From assembly GCF_053078305.1 (NCBI RefSeq), contig NZ_CP166879.1: 64,000 nucleotides of DNA. One strand, written 5' to 3'. Shown here one piece after another: positions 13,066 through 24,179 of this stretch (position 1 is its first letter; each line of letters opens with the position of its first letter). Made by a program: the position numbers and the translations under genes. The notes under the pieces are model-generated. The model saw only the letters and a program-made list of their open reading frames with translations. It was not told where the DNA came from and made no database searches.

Positions 13066-14106
13066 ATGACTGGTCAGTCTTCATCTCAGGCGGCAACGCC
13101 CATTCAGTGGTGGAAACCCGCGCTTTTCTTTCTCGTTGTCATTGCCGGTCTCTGGTATGTGAAATGGCAACCTTACTACGGCAAAGCGTTTACTGCTGCC
13201 GAAACCCACAGTATCGGTAAATCTATCCTTGCGCAGGCGGATGCTAATCCGTGGCAAGCGGCGTTGGATTACGCGATGATCTATTTCCTCGCGGTATGGA
13301 AAGCGGCAGTGCTGGGGGTGATCCTCGGTTCGTTGATTCAGGTGCTGATCCCGCGTGACTGGTTGTTGCGTACGCTTGGGCAATCGCGCTTTCGCGGCAC
13401 GCTGCTGGGAACGCTGTTTTCGCTGCCGGGCATGATGTGTACCTGCTGTGCGGCTCCGGTCGCGGCGGGAATGCGTCGCCAACAGGTGTCGATGGGCGGT
13501 GCGCTGGCATTCTGGATGGGCAATCCGGTGTTAAACCCGGCGACGCTGGTGTTTATGGGGTTTGTCCTCGGCTGGGGTTTTGCGGCGATTCGTCTGGTGG
13601 CCGGGCTGGTGATGGTGTTGCTGATTGCGACGCTGGTGCAAAAATGGGTGCGTGAAACACCGCAAACGCAGGCACCGGTCGAAATTGACATACCGGAAGC
13701 ACAGGGCGGATTTTTTAGCCGCTGGGGCAGGGCGCTATGGACGCTTTTCTGGAGTACGATCCCGGTTTACATCCTTGCAGTACTGGTGTTGGGTGCCGCT
13801 CGCGTCTGGTTATTCCCCCATGCCGATGGTGCTGTCGATAACAGCCTGATGTGGGTGGTGGCGATGGCGGTAGCAGGATGCTTGTTTGTCATTCCCACGG
13901 CAGCAGAAATTCCGATTGTACAAACGATGATGCTGGCAGGTATGGGAACTGCTCCGGCGCTGGCATTGTTGATGACGCTCCCGGCGGTGAGTTTGCCGTC
14001 ACTGATTATGCTGCGCAAAGCGTTCCCGGCGAAAGCCTTATGGCTGACGGGGGCGATGGTGGCAGTGTCAGGCGTGATTGTCGGCGGGCTGGCGCTGTTA
14101 TTCTGA
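13066..14106 (+). CDS. yraQ: predicted permease YraQ, 346 aa
   Basis: Polytopic membrane protein, recognised by sequence and synteny. Confidence 0.88.
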   Translation: MTGQSSSQAATPIQWWKPALFFLVVIAGLWYVKWQPYYGKAFTAAETHSIGKSILAQADANPWQAALDYAMIYFLAVWKAAVLGVILGSLIQVLIPRDWLLRTLGQSRFRGTLLGTLFSLPGMMCTCCAAPVAAGMRRQQVSMGGALAFWMGNPVLNPATLVFMGFVLGWGFAAIRLVAGLVMVLLIATLVQKWVRETPQTQAPVEIDIPEAQGGFFSRWGRALWTLFWSTIPVYILAVLVLGAARVWLFPHADGAVDNSLMWVVAMAVAGCLFVIPTAAEIPIVQTMMLAGMGTAPALALLMTLPAVSLPSLIMLRKAFPAKALWLTGAMVAVSGVIVGGLALLF

Positions 14107-14121
14107 TTTGAGGGAAAACAT

Positions 14122-14205
14122 GTCGGATGCGGCGTAAACGCCTTATCCGACCTACGGTTTGCATCGTTGTAGGCCTGATAAGACGCGGCAAGCGTCGCAT
14201 CAGGC
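14122..14205. repeat. REP/BIME element pair
   Basis: ggatgcggcgtaaacgccttatccgacctac and gcctgataagacgcggcaagcgtcgcatcaggc palindromic units. Confidence 0.75.
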
Positions 14206-14219
14206 ATTACAAGGGGCTG

Positions 14220-14795
14220 CTATTTAATAAACGTAAACGCCGTAGTTACCCGCTTCACGCCGCTCACCCGGCTGGCAATATCTGCCGCCGCTTTCGCTTC
14301 ACGTTCAGTCACCAGCCCCATCAGGAACACTTCACCGTTTTCGGTGGTCACTTTCACGTTGGACGATTTCACCAGGTCGCTGGTTAAGAGCTGCGAACGC
14401 ACTTTGGTGGTGATCCACGTATCATTAGACGCTTCGCCCAGACCAATCGGCTGGCCCTGACGAATCTCGTTATACACTTCGTTGGCACCGTCTACGCCCA
14501 TAGCAATCTGTTTGGCGCGAGCCGAAAGTTCAGCGTTTGGTGACTGCCCAACCAGCAGCACTTTGCCCTGATAGGCCGTTACATTAATGCGCGCTTCTTT
14601 CTTAATCTGTTCGTCTTTCGACAATGCGCTGTTCACGCGCACTTCCAGGGTACCATCGTCCACCTGGGTGCCGACACTGCGTGGGTCAGTTGCGGCTTTG
14701 GTACCCACAGCAGCGGTACCCACTACGGCAGCGGCAACACAACCTTGCAACAGCAGCGCGGAAATAAGGACTGCGATTGGCGATAATGCCTTCAT
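14220..14795 (-). CDS. dolP: outer-membrane lipoprotein DolP (YraP), dual BON domain, 191 aa
   Basis: ORF with lipobox LLQGC, recognised. Confidence 0.9.
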   Translation of the reverse strand: MKALSPIAVLISALLLQGCVAAAVVGTAAVGTKAATDPRSVGTQVDDGTLEVRVNSALSKDEQIKKEARINVTAYQGKVLLVGQSPNAELSARAKQIAMGVDGANEVYNEIRQGQPIGLGEASNDTWITTKVRSQLLTSDLVKSSNVKVTTENGEVFLMGLVTEREAKAAADIASRVSGVKRVTTAFTFIK

Positions 14796-14804
14796 GTATT
14801 CTCC

Positions 14805-15395
14805 TTAATCATCCTGGTGAGGGAAAAGCGTGTTATCGATCAGATCGCACAGGCAATTTACCGTCAGCATATGCATTTCCTGAATGCGAGCACTGCGATG
14901 CGAAGGGATGCGGATCTCCACATCCTGTGGCCCTAACAAACCTGCAAGTTCACCGCCGTCATAGCCGGTCAATGCCACAATGGTCATATCACGCGTAACG
15001 GCAGCTTCTACCGCTTTTACAATATCGCGGCTGTTGCCACGGGTGGAAATGGCTAACAATACATCTCCCGCATGACCCAGCGCCCGCACCTGTTTTGCAT
15101 ACACTTCATCATGTAAGCGATCGTTGGCAATCGCCGTTAAGACAACATTATCAGTATTTAGTGCAATGGCAGGTAAGCTGGGCCGCTCCGTTTCGAAACG
15201 GTTGATCATGCTGGCAGCAAAATGCTGTGCATTGGCAGCGGAAGTTCCATTACCACAACAGAGGATTTTGTTGCCATTGAGCAGAGACTGAACCAGCGTC
15301 ATGGCCGCACGGGAGATGGCATCCGGAAGCGCCTCTGCCGCCGCAATTTGAGTTTGAATGCTTTCAGTGAAGCAAGCTTTAATTCTTTCTTGCAC
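14805..15395 (-). CDS. diaA: DnaA initiator-associating protein DiaA (SIS domain), 196 aa
   Basis: ORF recognised. Confidence 0.92.
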
Positions 15396-15414
15396 GCTAA
15401 TCCTTAAACCTTAA

Positions 15415-15810
15415 TTATGAGTGGTCATTAAAGGCATCCTTAATCCACTCAACCTCATTCCCGGTGAAGGCTACCACATCGAACCGGCAATCCACAGTAT
15501 CAAAACTCCCATTATGACGCGCGAGCCACAAGCGGGCAGTCTGTAATAATTTGTGTTGTTTGCTGCGGGTCACACTGGCTGCCGCGCCGCCATAAAGCGC
15601 AGAACGGCGGTAACGCACCTCGACAAAAACGGTGGTCCGGCCTTCACGCATTATCAGATCGATCTCGCCGCCACGCTCGTTCACGTTAGCGGCGACAAAT
15701 CGCAGTCCTTTGCCTTCCAGCCAGCGACGCGCTTGTACTTCCCACGCATCGCCGGTCTGTTTGGTGGTTAACTGGCGGGGACTACCTGACCTTGTTGGTA
15801 CTGTAGCCAT
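15415..15810 (-). CDS. yraN: UPF0102 protein YraN, 131 aa
   Basis: ORF recognised; 5' end overlaps lpoA 3' end by 43 nt. Confidence 0.85.
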   Translation of the reverse strand: MATVPTRSGSPRQLTTKQTGDAWEVQARRWLEGKGLRFVAANVNERGGEIDLIMREGRTTVFVEVRYRRSALYGGAAASVTRSKQHKLLQTARLWLARHNGSFDTVDCRFDVVAFTGNEVEWIKDAFNDHS

Positions 15811-17804
15811 GATAACTTCCTGTTAATCACGCAATCCGGGTTAGCCGTCAGGCTTCCGGTATTACCGTTGATTTCAAAACCCTGAACCTGGCGCATTTGT
15901 GAGAAATGATTTGCCAGCGACCAGGCATCGACGCCCATCGCATACATGCGAGCCAGTGAATAATCGTTATTCACCGCGCTGAGTGCCTGCTGCATTAACG
16001 GTAGATTACCGCCTGCCAGCATCGGGATTTCGCTGTACTGCAAGCCTTCCATCTCCAGTCGGAAATCCGGGCCAGCGGTCCCTTGCGCACTGCGGGAGCT
16101 GGCGTACAGCGTTGCACCGCTCTGGCTACCGTTACGCATGGCGATCATCGGTTTGATAAAAGCGATTTCACCCGGCGTTGCCACAATGTACACCGCATCG
16201 ACACGACCGCCATTATTGGTGAACTGGTCATCGGTTGGCGTGGTTTGCAGCGTTGGATTGTTGGTCGTCATGCCGGAGTCGGTTGTCGCTCTGGGAGTAA
16301 TCGGGGTACCCGTTAAAGCGATACCAGAACCGCCGTTAACACCCGCGCGTAATTCGCTGGTGGAACCAAATTTTTGTTGCAGAACGGTGCCGCCGCCCAG
16401 TTTCTGCCACTCTTGCGCAAACGCATTGGCTACGCGATCGCCCAATGAACTGCGTGGGATCAGCACCAGCGGCGCTTGTTTACCCTGGTCACGAATATGA
16501 CGCGCTGCATCGCGCGCTTCGTCTTCCGGTGAAAGCGCGAAGTAACAAATATTGACGCGATTTTCGATATTCTCCGGCTGGTTCAGTGCCAGTACGTTCA
16601 GCGGAGTGTTGCTCTTCAGCAACTCTTCAACGTTATTTTTCAGCAACGGACCGACCACAATACTCGCGCCATCCTGCTGAACCTGGCTTAAGATCTGGCT
16701 AAGTGGTTGTGATGAGGTATCGTAGATTTTCAGCTCTGCGGATGGATTTGCGGGTGCGCTTACCGCTGCGGTGCTTGTCGCCGGGGCGCTTACAGGCACC
16801 GGCTGGGCTGCAGGCTGTTCACCGGTCAGATCGCTAACCGAGGCTTGTGCCGGGCTGGCAACGCCATCCACGGTTTGCGGTTGAGGTTGTTCTGCTACGT
16901 CTGCGGCAGGTGCGGCAGCTACCTGAGCTGCCACTGGCTGAGTGCCGATATTTTTCGCCGCTTCAAAGCCTTGCTGAATAGTGCGACCAAATACCGCTGC
17001 CTGGCCATTCAGTGGCAACAGCAGGGCGATTTTGTTGGTCGAGGCTGGTTTAAACGCTTTTACGTTAACCAACTGCGTTGGCAGCATTTTCGCGCCCGGG
17101 TTGTTCGGATAACGTTTCTGCCAGTCGGCGATCCCGGCTTTCATCATGTCGGGATCGTTACGGTTATCAAACCAGACGCGCTGCAGATCCAGCCAGCCTT
17201 GCAGAATATTTTCGTCGGCGTTGATCACCAGCGTATTCGCCTGTTCCTGAGTCATGGAGGAGAGCGCCTGCCAGGTGGCATCAATATTCTGCTGTTTTTC
17301 TTTCGCGCCAAGCAGCGGTTCCTGAGCAATTAACGCGCGCAGTAAATCAATGGAAGGACGCCCCTGGCTGGCATCGATTTTTGCCTGCCAGTAACGGGCT
17401 TGCTGGTTTTGTTCTAAATCGGCGGGTGTAATTTTCGCCAGCAAGTTTTGCGCGCCAGCAAAATCTTTCTGCGCCAGTTTAATCTCTACCGCCAGCAGTG
17501 TTTTCTCGCGACGCTGAGAATCATTCAGTTCTTGCGGTAGTTGGTTAAACAACTCAACCGCCTGCCCGGTTTTACCTTCTTTCACCAGTGCACGAATGGC
17601 GAGTAATTGCCAGTTGATCCTGGTATCATCAGAGCTTTGCTGCATCTGCTGAAGATAAAAGGCAGAATCAGCCTGCGCCGTGCCCTGCATATAAGCAGTG
17701 GACTGATCGGGAGTATGGGTGCCACAACCGGCGAAAATCAGGGCTGCCAGAACAACAGGCAGACAACGCGCGGCTTTCAAACGAGAAAATGTTGAGGGTA
17801 CCAT
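15768..17804 (-). CDS. lpoA: PBP1A activator lipoprotein LpoA, 678 aa
   Basis: Start set at [15 protein letters not shown]; lipobox AGCG; Ala/Pro/Gln-rich linker region. Confidence 0.9.
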   Translation of the reverse strand: MVPSTFSRLKAARCLPVVLAALIFAGCGTHTPDQSTAYMQGTAQADSAFYLQQMQQSSDDTRINWQLLAIRALVKEGKTGQAVELFNQLPQELNDSQRREKTLLAVEIKLAQKDFAGAQNLLAKITPADLEQNQQARYWQAKIDASQGRPSIDLLRALIAQEPLLGAKEKQQNIDATWQALSSMTQEQANTLVINADENILQGWLDLQRVWFDNRNDPDMMKAGIADWQKRYPNNPGAKMLPTQLVNVKAFKPASTNKIALLLPLNGQAAVFGRTIQQGFEAAKNIGTQPVAAQVAAAPAADVAEQPQPQTVDGVASPAQASVSDLTGEQPAAQPVPVSAPATSTAAVSAPANPSAELKIYDTSSQPLSQILSQVQQDGASIVVGPLLKNNVEELLKSNTPLNVLALNQPENIENRVNICYFALSPEDEARDAARHIRDQGKQAPLVLIPRSSLGDRVANAFAQEWQKLGGGTVLQQKFGSTSELRAGVNGGSGIALTGTPITPRATTDSGMTTNNPTLQTTPTDDQFTNNGGRVDAVYIVATPGEIAFIKPMIAMRNGSQSGATLYASSRSAQGTAGPDFRLEMEGLQYSEIPMLAGGNLPLMQQALSAVNNDYSLARMYAMGVDAWSLANHFSQMRQVQGFEINGNTGSLTANPDCVINRKLSWLQYQQGQVVPAS

Positions 17805-17868
17805 AATGTATCCAGTGATATTTTTTTTACGCAATGCTCAATATTAAATCGGCAATACGGACGACACA

Positions 17869-18729
17869 ATGAAACAACACCAATCGGCGGATAATTCTCA
17901 GGGCCAGCTTTACATTGTACCGACGCCAATCGGCAATCTGGCGGATATCACCCAGCGTGCGTTAGAGGTATTACAGGCCGTTGATCTGATTGCCGCCGAG
18001 GATACTCGTCACACCGGTTTATTGCTGCAACATTTTGGGATTAATGCCCGGTTGTTTGCGCTGCACGACCATAACGAACAACAAAAAGCCGAAACGCTGC
18101 TGGCGAAGCTGCAAGAGGGGCAAAACATTGCGCTGGTTTCCGATGCCGGAACGCCGCTAATTAACGATCCTGGCTACCATCTGGTGCGTACCTGCCGTGA
18201 AGCGGGGATTCGTGTGGTGCCGCTACCCGGACCGTGTGCTGCTATCACTGCGTTAAGCGCCGCGGGTTTACCCTCTGACCGTTTCTGTTACGAAGGCTTT
18301 TTACCTGCCAAATCAAAAGGCCGCCGTGATGCGCTAAAAGCCATTGAAGCGGAGCCGCGCACGCTGATTTTTTATGAATCTACCCACCGTCTGTTAGATA
18401 GCCTGGAAGATATCGTTGCGGTATTAGGCGAATCCCGCTACGTGGTTCTGGCGCGTGAGCTGACCAAAACCTGGGAAACCATTCACGGCGCGCCCGTTGG
18501 CGAGCTGCTGGCGTGGGTAAAGGAAGATGAAAACCGTCGCAAAGGCGAAATGGTGCTGATTGTCGAAGGTCATAAAGCACAGGAAGAAGACTTACCCGCC
18601 GATGCCCTGCGCACGCTGGCGCTGCTACAGGCAGAACTGCCGCTGAAAAAAGCGGCGGCGCTGGCCGCAGAAATTCACGGCGTGAAGAAAAATGCGCTGT
18701 ATAAGTATGCGCTGGAGCAGCAGGGGTAA
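17869..18729 (+). CDS. rsmI: 16S rRNA (cytidine1402-2'-O)-methyltransferase RsmI, 286 aa
   Basis: ORF recognised; divergent from lpoA. Confidence 0.92.
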
Positions 18730-18771
18730 CAGTGCCGAAGCGTTGCGGTAATCAAAACGCAACGTCTTCTT

Positions 18772-19863
18772 TTACCGCACGATGACGGTAATGGTGGCTG
18801 TGCCCTGAAATTTTCCTGTTTCCAGCTCTCCACCGACCAGATTAACTGGCCAGGCGCGCATATTGACGGTGCCATGCCCGGAAGGATCAACGGGAAGGAT
18901 ACCGTTCTGAAAAGGAATATTTGCAACTCCGCCGCCGAGATTTTCAATACGAATACCGACATCGGGCGCATTGTCTGAACTTCTTCGTCTGGCGACCAGG
19001 TTGTACTGGTCTACTACCCCAGTTGTACCGTCGATGCGCATTTGCAACGAGTTATTAATCTTTGAAGTATCACCACAGTCATAAGTGATATCAAAGTCTA
19101 CTGGAGTAAAACCGTCTGGCATGGCATTGCGGGTGGTAAACTTCTGACCATTGATGAATCCAAAATTAACCTTAATAACATCGCCCTGATTAATTTTGCA
19201 CGACTGTGGGGCGGTGAGATTTCCCTGTATCGATAACTTGACTAAATCATGGAAGTCACCTGTAGACGGGCTTCCCATTCCATCGACCCACGCGCCTTTA
19301 ATGACGGCAATATCCGTTTTCGGAATGGTCATCGAGCCGAGAAATGGCTTGGTGACATACAGGGTAAAGGTGGTATTTGCACCAATATTAACGGGTCCAT
19401 AACGAGACGTGTCACCCTGGCAAACACCCGTTTGGGTTGCAGCAGAATATACGGTGCTGCTTTTTATCTGTGTGAATCGGGTGTTAACAGAGACAACCTG
19501 GTCGGTTGTGAGTCCTGGAATGTCGTTTGCCTGTAATGTGGTTTTAATATCCAGGCTGTCATTGAGTTTGTAATATCCTGTCTGATGTCCAGTGGTGGTA
19601 AGTACGGGGCTGACCATATAGACAAGTTTAACTGCCTTACCCGCAGAGCAGGAACAGGCGTATTGCCAGTTAGTGCTACTTAGCGTTGCAGAGGTAAACT
19701 CCCGTCCTGTCACGTTATCTGTCTGGTTCACCGTAACATCATCAACCACACTGCTGTAATTTGTCGCACCGCTAGTGCTGTCGGCTCCACACCCTCCTGA
19801 GGAGGCATAAGCGCAGGATGTGGATATCAACAAAAGTCCTGTTATAAGAGGCGCTCTTTTCAT
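18772..19863 (-). CDS. yraK: fimbrial adhesin-like protein YraK, 363 aa
   Basis: Start set at MKRAPLITGLLLISTS signal peptide; last gene of yraHIJK operon. Confidence 0.82.
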   Translation of the reverse strand: MKRAPLITGLLLISTSCAYASSGGCGADSTSGATNYSSVVDDVTVNQTDNVTGREFTSATLSSTNWQYACSCSAGKAVKLVYMVSPVLTTTGHQTGYYKLNDSLDIKTTLQANDIPGLTTDQVVSVNTRFTQIKSSTVYSAATQTGVCQGDTSRYGPVNIGANTTFTLYVTKPFLGSMTIPKTDIAVIKGAWVDGMGSPSTGDFHDLVKLSIQGNLTAPQSCKINQGDVIKVNFGFINGQKFTTRNAMPDGFTPVDFDITYDCGDTSKINNSLQMRIDGTTGVVDQYNLVARRRSSDNAPDVGIRIENLGGGVANIPFQNGILPVDPSGHGTVNMRAWPVNLVGGELETGKFQGTATITVIVR

Positions 19864-19873
19864 TTTTTTATCC

Positions 19874-22390
19874 TTAATGGCACTGCGCTGTGCCTTGTAA
19901 TACAGAGGTTGTTGGTTCTGAATCCGGTGTACTAAAAGCAAACTGACATTGTTGATCTGCCTGATTTCCCCAGCGTACAGTCCAGCTTTGTGATTTACTC
20001 GATATCCCAGAGAGATATAGTATGCCGCCCTCATCGACGATACTTTGTTGCCCCGTATCATCGTTGCTGGCAAGAGCGCCAAAGGGCAACGGTTTACCGT
20101 TGCGATCGCTGACTGTAACAAGTACGCGATAACCGATATTGGCGTTGAAACGCGCCGCTACCATTGCACCTCTGCTGGGCACCACAAACTGTGTTGTTTG
20201 TTCAAGATCGACGTTATCGGGCAGCTGCGTAGTATCTACCGAGAGACGGTTTTCCTGATAAGTTGTGAGATAAGGAACCACTGCATAGCCAAAGGGATCG
20301 GTAGCAATCCCCGGATAGTTTTGTATCCTCACGCCAGATGCTCCGTTAGCATCGATAAGCGCAAAAGCGTTGCCCAGATATTGCGAGAGCGTCACGCCAT
20401 GAGGATGGATAACCACGCCGCCGGTAACGCCGTAATTGTATTGGCTGCTGTCATTACCGTAACTGTATCCGGCACTGAAGGTTCCATAAGGTGAACGGTA
20501 ACTGGCGTTCAGGCTACTGTTATGGTTGTTATCGTCATCCAGACTTTGTTCCAGGCTATAGCTCAGGCGACCATCATCCAGCAGTGAGCCATCAAGACGC
20601 ATTTCATGTTGGGTTGGGCGATCTTTCTGGCTGGTCATCTGATAGGAAACCCGGCTACGCGGTAACCAGCGTTCTAACGGAATACTGAGATTCAAAGAGA
20701 GTGCGCGGTCATTATTTTGATCAGTGTAGCGGCTGTATTGATAATTCAGGCTGTAACCAATTCCCCATTGCTGGCCGGAAACCCCAACAGAGATATTCCT
20801 GTTTTTCTCGTTATTGCCCCAATAGTCTTGCTGTGAACCGGAGGCATACAGACTTACCCCATCAAATATTGTCTGGCTGATGTTGAATTGAATTTCACTT
20901 TTTTGGCGACTGTTATAGTCCCAATTGCGGGTATTGGCTTCATCAAAACTAAAATAGCCATCGTTGGTATAGCGATAGTAGCTGACAGCGATATTGGTGT
21001 TGGTTTCCGGGATATCTTTGATGTACTGCGTACGCCATTGATAGCCATGAAAAGAGTGCTGGTTATCGAATTGGGTGTCAGCTCTGTTGATATCCATCGA
21101 CAACGCGCCCAGTGCGCCAAGTGTGCCGCCGATACCGATCCCCAGCGCATAATAATCTTCAGAACCGAGCAGGCCGCCATACAGCGTAAAAGTATTATTC
21201 AAACCATATATTGCCGTGGCTTCAGCAAATTCGGGTTCCTTGCTATCACTGTTTGCATCAGCGCGATAGCGTCCAGCGGTCGCGCTATACTTTAGATGCC
21301 CAGGTCGCTGCATCATGGGTAATGAAGAATAAGGCTGGATAAAGCGACGTTGTGTACCGTCACTTTCTTCAATCGTGACTTCTAAATCGCCGCTGTTGGA
21401 AGAGGGGTAGAGATCGTTAATTTCAAAGGCACCCGCTGGCACGTTGCTTTGATAGATCACATAACCATTTTGCCTGATAGTCACGATTGCACTACTGTTT
21501 GCGATACCGCGTACCGTTGGGGCAAATCCGCGCTGGCTGTTTGGCAACATATTATCGTCGGAAGCGAGTTGCACGCCAGTAAAGGTGTAGCTGGAAAAAA
21601 TACTGCCGCTGGTGGCGCTTTCTCCCAGAAGCAACTGAGACTTCAACGCCTTGATATCACGTTGTAAATAACTACTGATAGTGTTCCAGCTTGACGCCTG
21701 ATCGTTGCGTGTCCACGTAGAATAGTTACGTAATCGCCAGGGGCCAAAATTGGCACCATTTTGCATATTCAGGTACTGTCGTTGGCTACGATTGCCCTGG
21801 CGGTAACGGTTATCAGAACCTGTAAACGAGTAGTTGGTAAACAGCGTTGGTATACCATCGTCCCAACGAGAAGGGGAGACGTAACCTCTTGCATCACGGT
21901 ACAGTGCAATTTGGGGAATGCTCAAATTAAGTCGCTGATGATTGAAATCAAATTCAGCAGCTGTACCGGGAATGATTTGTTCAAGCGAGTTGATCACGCT
22001 ATCGTCATCTTTTTCAGCCAGCGCCGGGATTTCATCCACCTTAATACCCAGCTCACGTAGTTGTTCTACCGTAAACTGTGGCTGCAGAAGTTGCTCTGCA
22101 TTGGCGGTAAATGTAATTTTTTTCTGTGAAACCTTCTTTTTATTCAGCCAGATATCAACCTGATAAGTTCCTGGTAGTTGTGCGTATTTTTTTGAAAAAC
22201 GTGACAGATCGGTTGTTTGCATACCACTTTTTGTGGTTTCCAGCATAATGGGGTCGAAATAATACTCTTCGGCGTTAGCGGTAGTGCAAAGCATGCCGCT
22301 GCCAGTGAGCACCATCGGCAAACAGCGTTTGATAATGAGCGCTAACTGTTTCGGTGTGCGTTTATGTCCCTGGTGGTGTCGTTGTGGCAT
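19874..22390 (-). CDS. yraJ: fimbrial outer-membrane usher protein YraJ, 838 aa
   Basis: Large usher-family ORF, recognised. Confidence 0.9.
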   Translation of the reverse strand: MPQRHHQGHKRTPKQLALIIKRCLPMVLTGSGMLCTTANAEEYYFDPIMLETTKSGMQTTDLSRFSKKYAQLPGTYQVDIWLNKKKVSQKKITFTANAEQLLQPQFTVEQLRELGIKVDEIPALAEKDDDSVINSLEQIIPGTAAEFDFNHQRLNLSIPQIALYRDARGYVSPSRWDDGIPTLFTNYSFTGSDNRYRQGNRSQRQYLNMQNGANFGPWRLRNYSTWTRNDQASSWNTISSYLQRDIKALKSQLLLGESATSGSIFSSYTFTGVQLASDDNMLPNSQRGFAPTVRGIANSSAIVTIRQNGYVIYQSNVPAGAFEINDLYPSSNSGDLEVTIEESDGTQRRFIQPYSSLPMMQRPGHLKYSATAGRYRADANSDSKEPEFAEATAIYGLNNTFTLYGGLLGSEDYYALGIGIGGTLGALGALSMDINRADTQFDNQHSFHGYQWRTQYIKDIPETNTNIAVSYYRYTNDGYFSFDEANTRNWDYNSRQKSEIQFNISQTIFDGVSLYASGSQQDYWGNNEKNRNISVGVSGQQWGIGYSLNYQYSRYTDQNNDRALSLNLSIPLERWLPRSRVSYQMTSQKDRPTQHEMRLDGSLLDDGRLSYSLEQSLDDDNNHNSSLNASYRSPYGTFSAGYSYGNDSSQYNYGVTGGVVIHPHGVTLSQYLGNAFALIDANGASGVRIQNYPGIATDPFGYAVVPYLTTYQENRLSVDTTQLPDNVDLEQTTQFVVPSRGAMVAARFNANIGYRVLVTVSDRNGKPLPFGALASNDDTGQQSIVDEGGILYLSGISSKSQSWTVRWGNQADQQCQFAFSTPDSEPTTSVLQGTAQCH

Positions 22391-22419
22391 TCCCTGATGA
22401 CCTGTGTTTTTTATATTTG

Positions 22420-23115
22420 TTATTGCAGTGGACGAGTTTCTGTCCCGGAACTGCCGCCATAATCATTGATTGCAGCCCATTTCACGTTCTTTCCGCCAGA
22501 TGCAGGAAGTGGTAACTGTTTATGTTCTCCGGGCGCGATATATTCAATTTTGCTTGTGAGATCGGCTTTATCGACTGCCAGTCCGGCAAATACGACGTAA
22601 TATTCAGTTGGGTTATATATATTGAGTGAATGATCACTACGTTTAAATTCCAGTGATTTCCACGCATCGCTTACCCGTCCCTTCAGGTGTGCGGGGCGAT
22701 AAAACATTTTGATCCGTGTTTTAAATACCAGCGTCAACTCGTTAGCATTAACATCATCTGATTTTTTCTTTGCTGGAATGGCACGAACATTAATGTAGAA
22801 CAGCGACTCTTTATTTTCAGGCAGGTTATCAGCTGTTTTAATAATTCGCAGTGATGAATCATCGCCAGCTTCAAGACGAAATAGCGGTGGGGTTATAATA
22901 AATGGGGCACGGCTTGTACCATCTATATTATCTACCCATGATTGCAGTAAATAAGGTGTTTCTGCGCCTTTGTTTGCGACAGGTAACGCAGCCTCTTTGC
23001 GGCTGGCATCATAGATCACTCGCGTTCGCTGTAAAACGATACCCCCTGCAAGCGCCTGGCCGATACAGAAGCTACACAACAAGGTAAATATCACCGCGAA
23101 TGTTCGTTTTGACAT
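22420..23115 (-). CDS. yraI: periplasmic fimbrial chaperone YraI (PapD-like), 231 aa
   Basis: ORF recognised. Confidence 0.9.
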   Translation of the reverse strand: MSKRTFAVIFTLLCSFCIGQALAGGIVLQRTRVIYDASRKEAALPVANKGAETPYLLQSWVDNIDGTSRAPFIITPPLFRLEAGDDSSLRIIKTADNLPENKESLFYINVRAIPAKKKSDDVNANELTLVFKTRIKMFYRPAHLKGRVSDAWKSLEFKRSDHSLNIYNPTEYYVVFAGLAVDKADLTSKIEYIAPGEHKQLPLPASGGKNVKWAAINDYGGSSGTETRPLQ

Positions 23116-23194
23116 AGTTATTTTTCAACCTGATACAACGAGAAAGAGGAAGGAAAAGGGCGTTATCTGAAAGGTCAGATAACGCCGTAACGTA

Positions 23195-23779
23195 TTAACG
23201 GTAATCCAGCGTTACGTTAACGACAGCGTCTGCTTCCCCTGGGGTGATTTCGGATGCTTCAACGGTTGATACGTAGTAAGCGATGAGGTCAACATTGACA
23301 ATTCCAGCGGAGTCCGCAGGGATCTGATAAACCGTGTTATCATTGCCCATAGCATTTAGTGGCATAAGGTTTCCGCTTTCCGCATCGTCAATACGGATAC
23401 CCACACCTGTTGCAGCTGTGCCAGCAAAAGAGCCCACTTTTGCCAAGTTAGGGAAGTTAGGGACGGTACCATTATCCCGCGTTTCCAGCCATAAACGGAA
23501 AGACGCTTCAACGTTGCCGTTATCGTGCTCCCACCCAGTCACTGGGCAGTTAACTAAAGGAATAGTGAATGGAATTTTTGGGCTACGATCGCCAACAGAA
23601 CGAAACTGTTCGGCATTATAGTGACCAAGAGCAACTTCAATTTTCTTATCAGAGTCATTGATTTCACAAGCGGATTTTAAAATCTCGCCATCAAAAACTA
23701 TTTCACCATCGGTTGCAGCGGCATTACCTGCGAAAAGCGCAAGTAAGCCCGCAATAGCTGTTTTTGTAACTTTATTCAT
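23195..23779 (-). CDS. yraH: fimbrial major subunit-like protein YraH, 194 aa
   Basis: Signal peptide and fimbrial subunit-like sequence. Confidence 0.87.
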   Translation of the reverse strand: MNKVTKTAIAGLLALFAGNAAATDGEIVFDGEILKSACEINDSDKKIEVALGHYNAEQFRSVGDRSPKIPFTIPLVNCPVTGWEHDNGNVEASFRLWLETRDNGTVPNFPNLAKVGSFAGTAATGVGIRIDDAESGNLMPLNAMGNDNTVYQIPADSAGIVNVDLIAYYVSTVEASEITPGEADAVVNVTLDYR

Positions 23780-23829
23780 TTATAACCTTATCCTTGTAAC
23801 AAGTACATAATCATATTTAATGTGAATAT

Positions 23830-24140
23830 ATGTTCAACATCTTTAAAGATTATACAGGTGGAAATATTTCATTGAACATTAAATAGACTAAACTTTAAGA
23901 TTATATTTATATGCAAATATTTTATGTTTTTATTATATTGATATGAATTTTCTATGTGTTAAAAAGAGTATAAATGCCTGACTTTGCTGGGCCAAGGGGC
24001 GAGTCAGAATACGAGATGGTTTATTAATAGAACAAGTTATATGTATATCTAAAATTAAATTGTTGAACATAACTCCTTTTGCTATTGGCGTTATGTTCAA
24101 CCCAGTCAAATGTTATTTAATATAATGCGTGACTGTTGAA
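23830..24140. promoter_or_regulatory. array of ATGTTCAA/TTGAACAT motifs in AT-rich yraH upstream region
   Basis: Four full copies (about 23831, 23871, 24061, 24093) plus a partial copy (about 24133), in both orientations. Confidence 0.5.
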
Positions 24141-24179
24141 TAAGTTAATTTAAACATTTTGAGCAAATTTTTCATCTGA

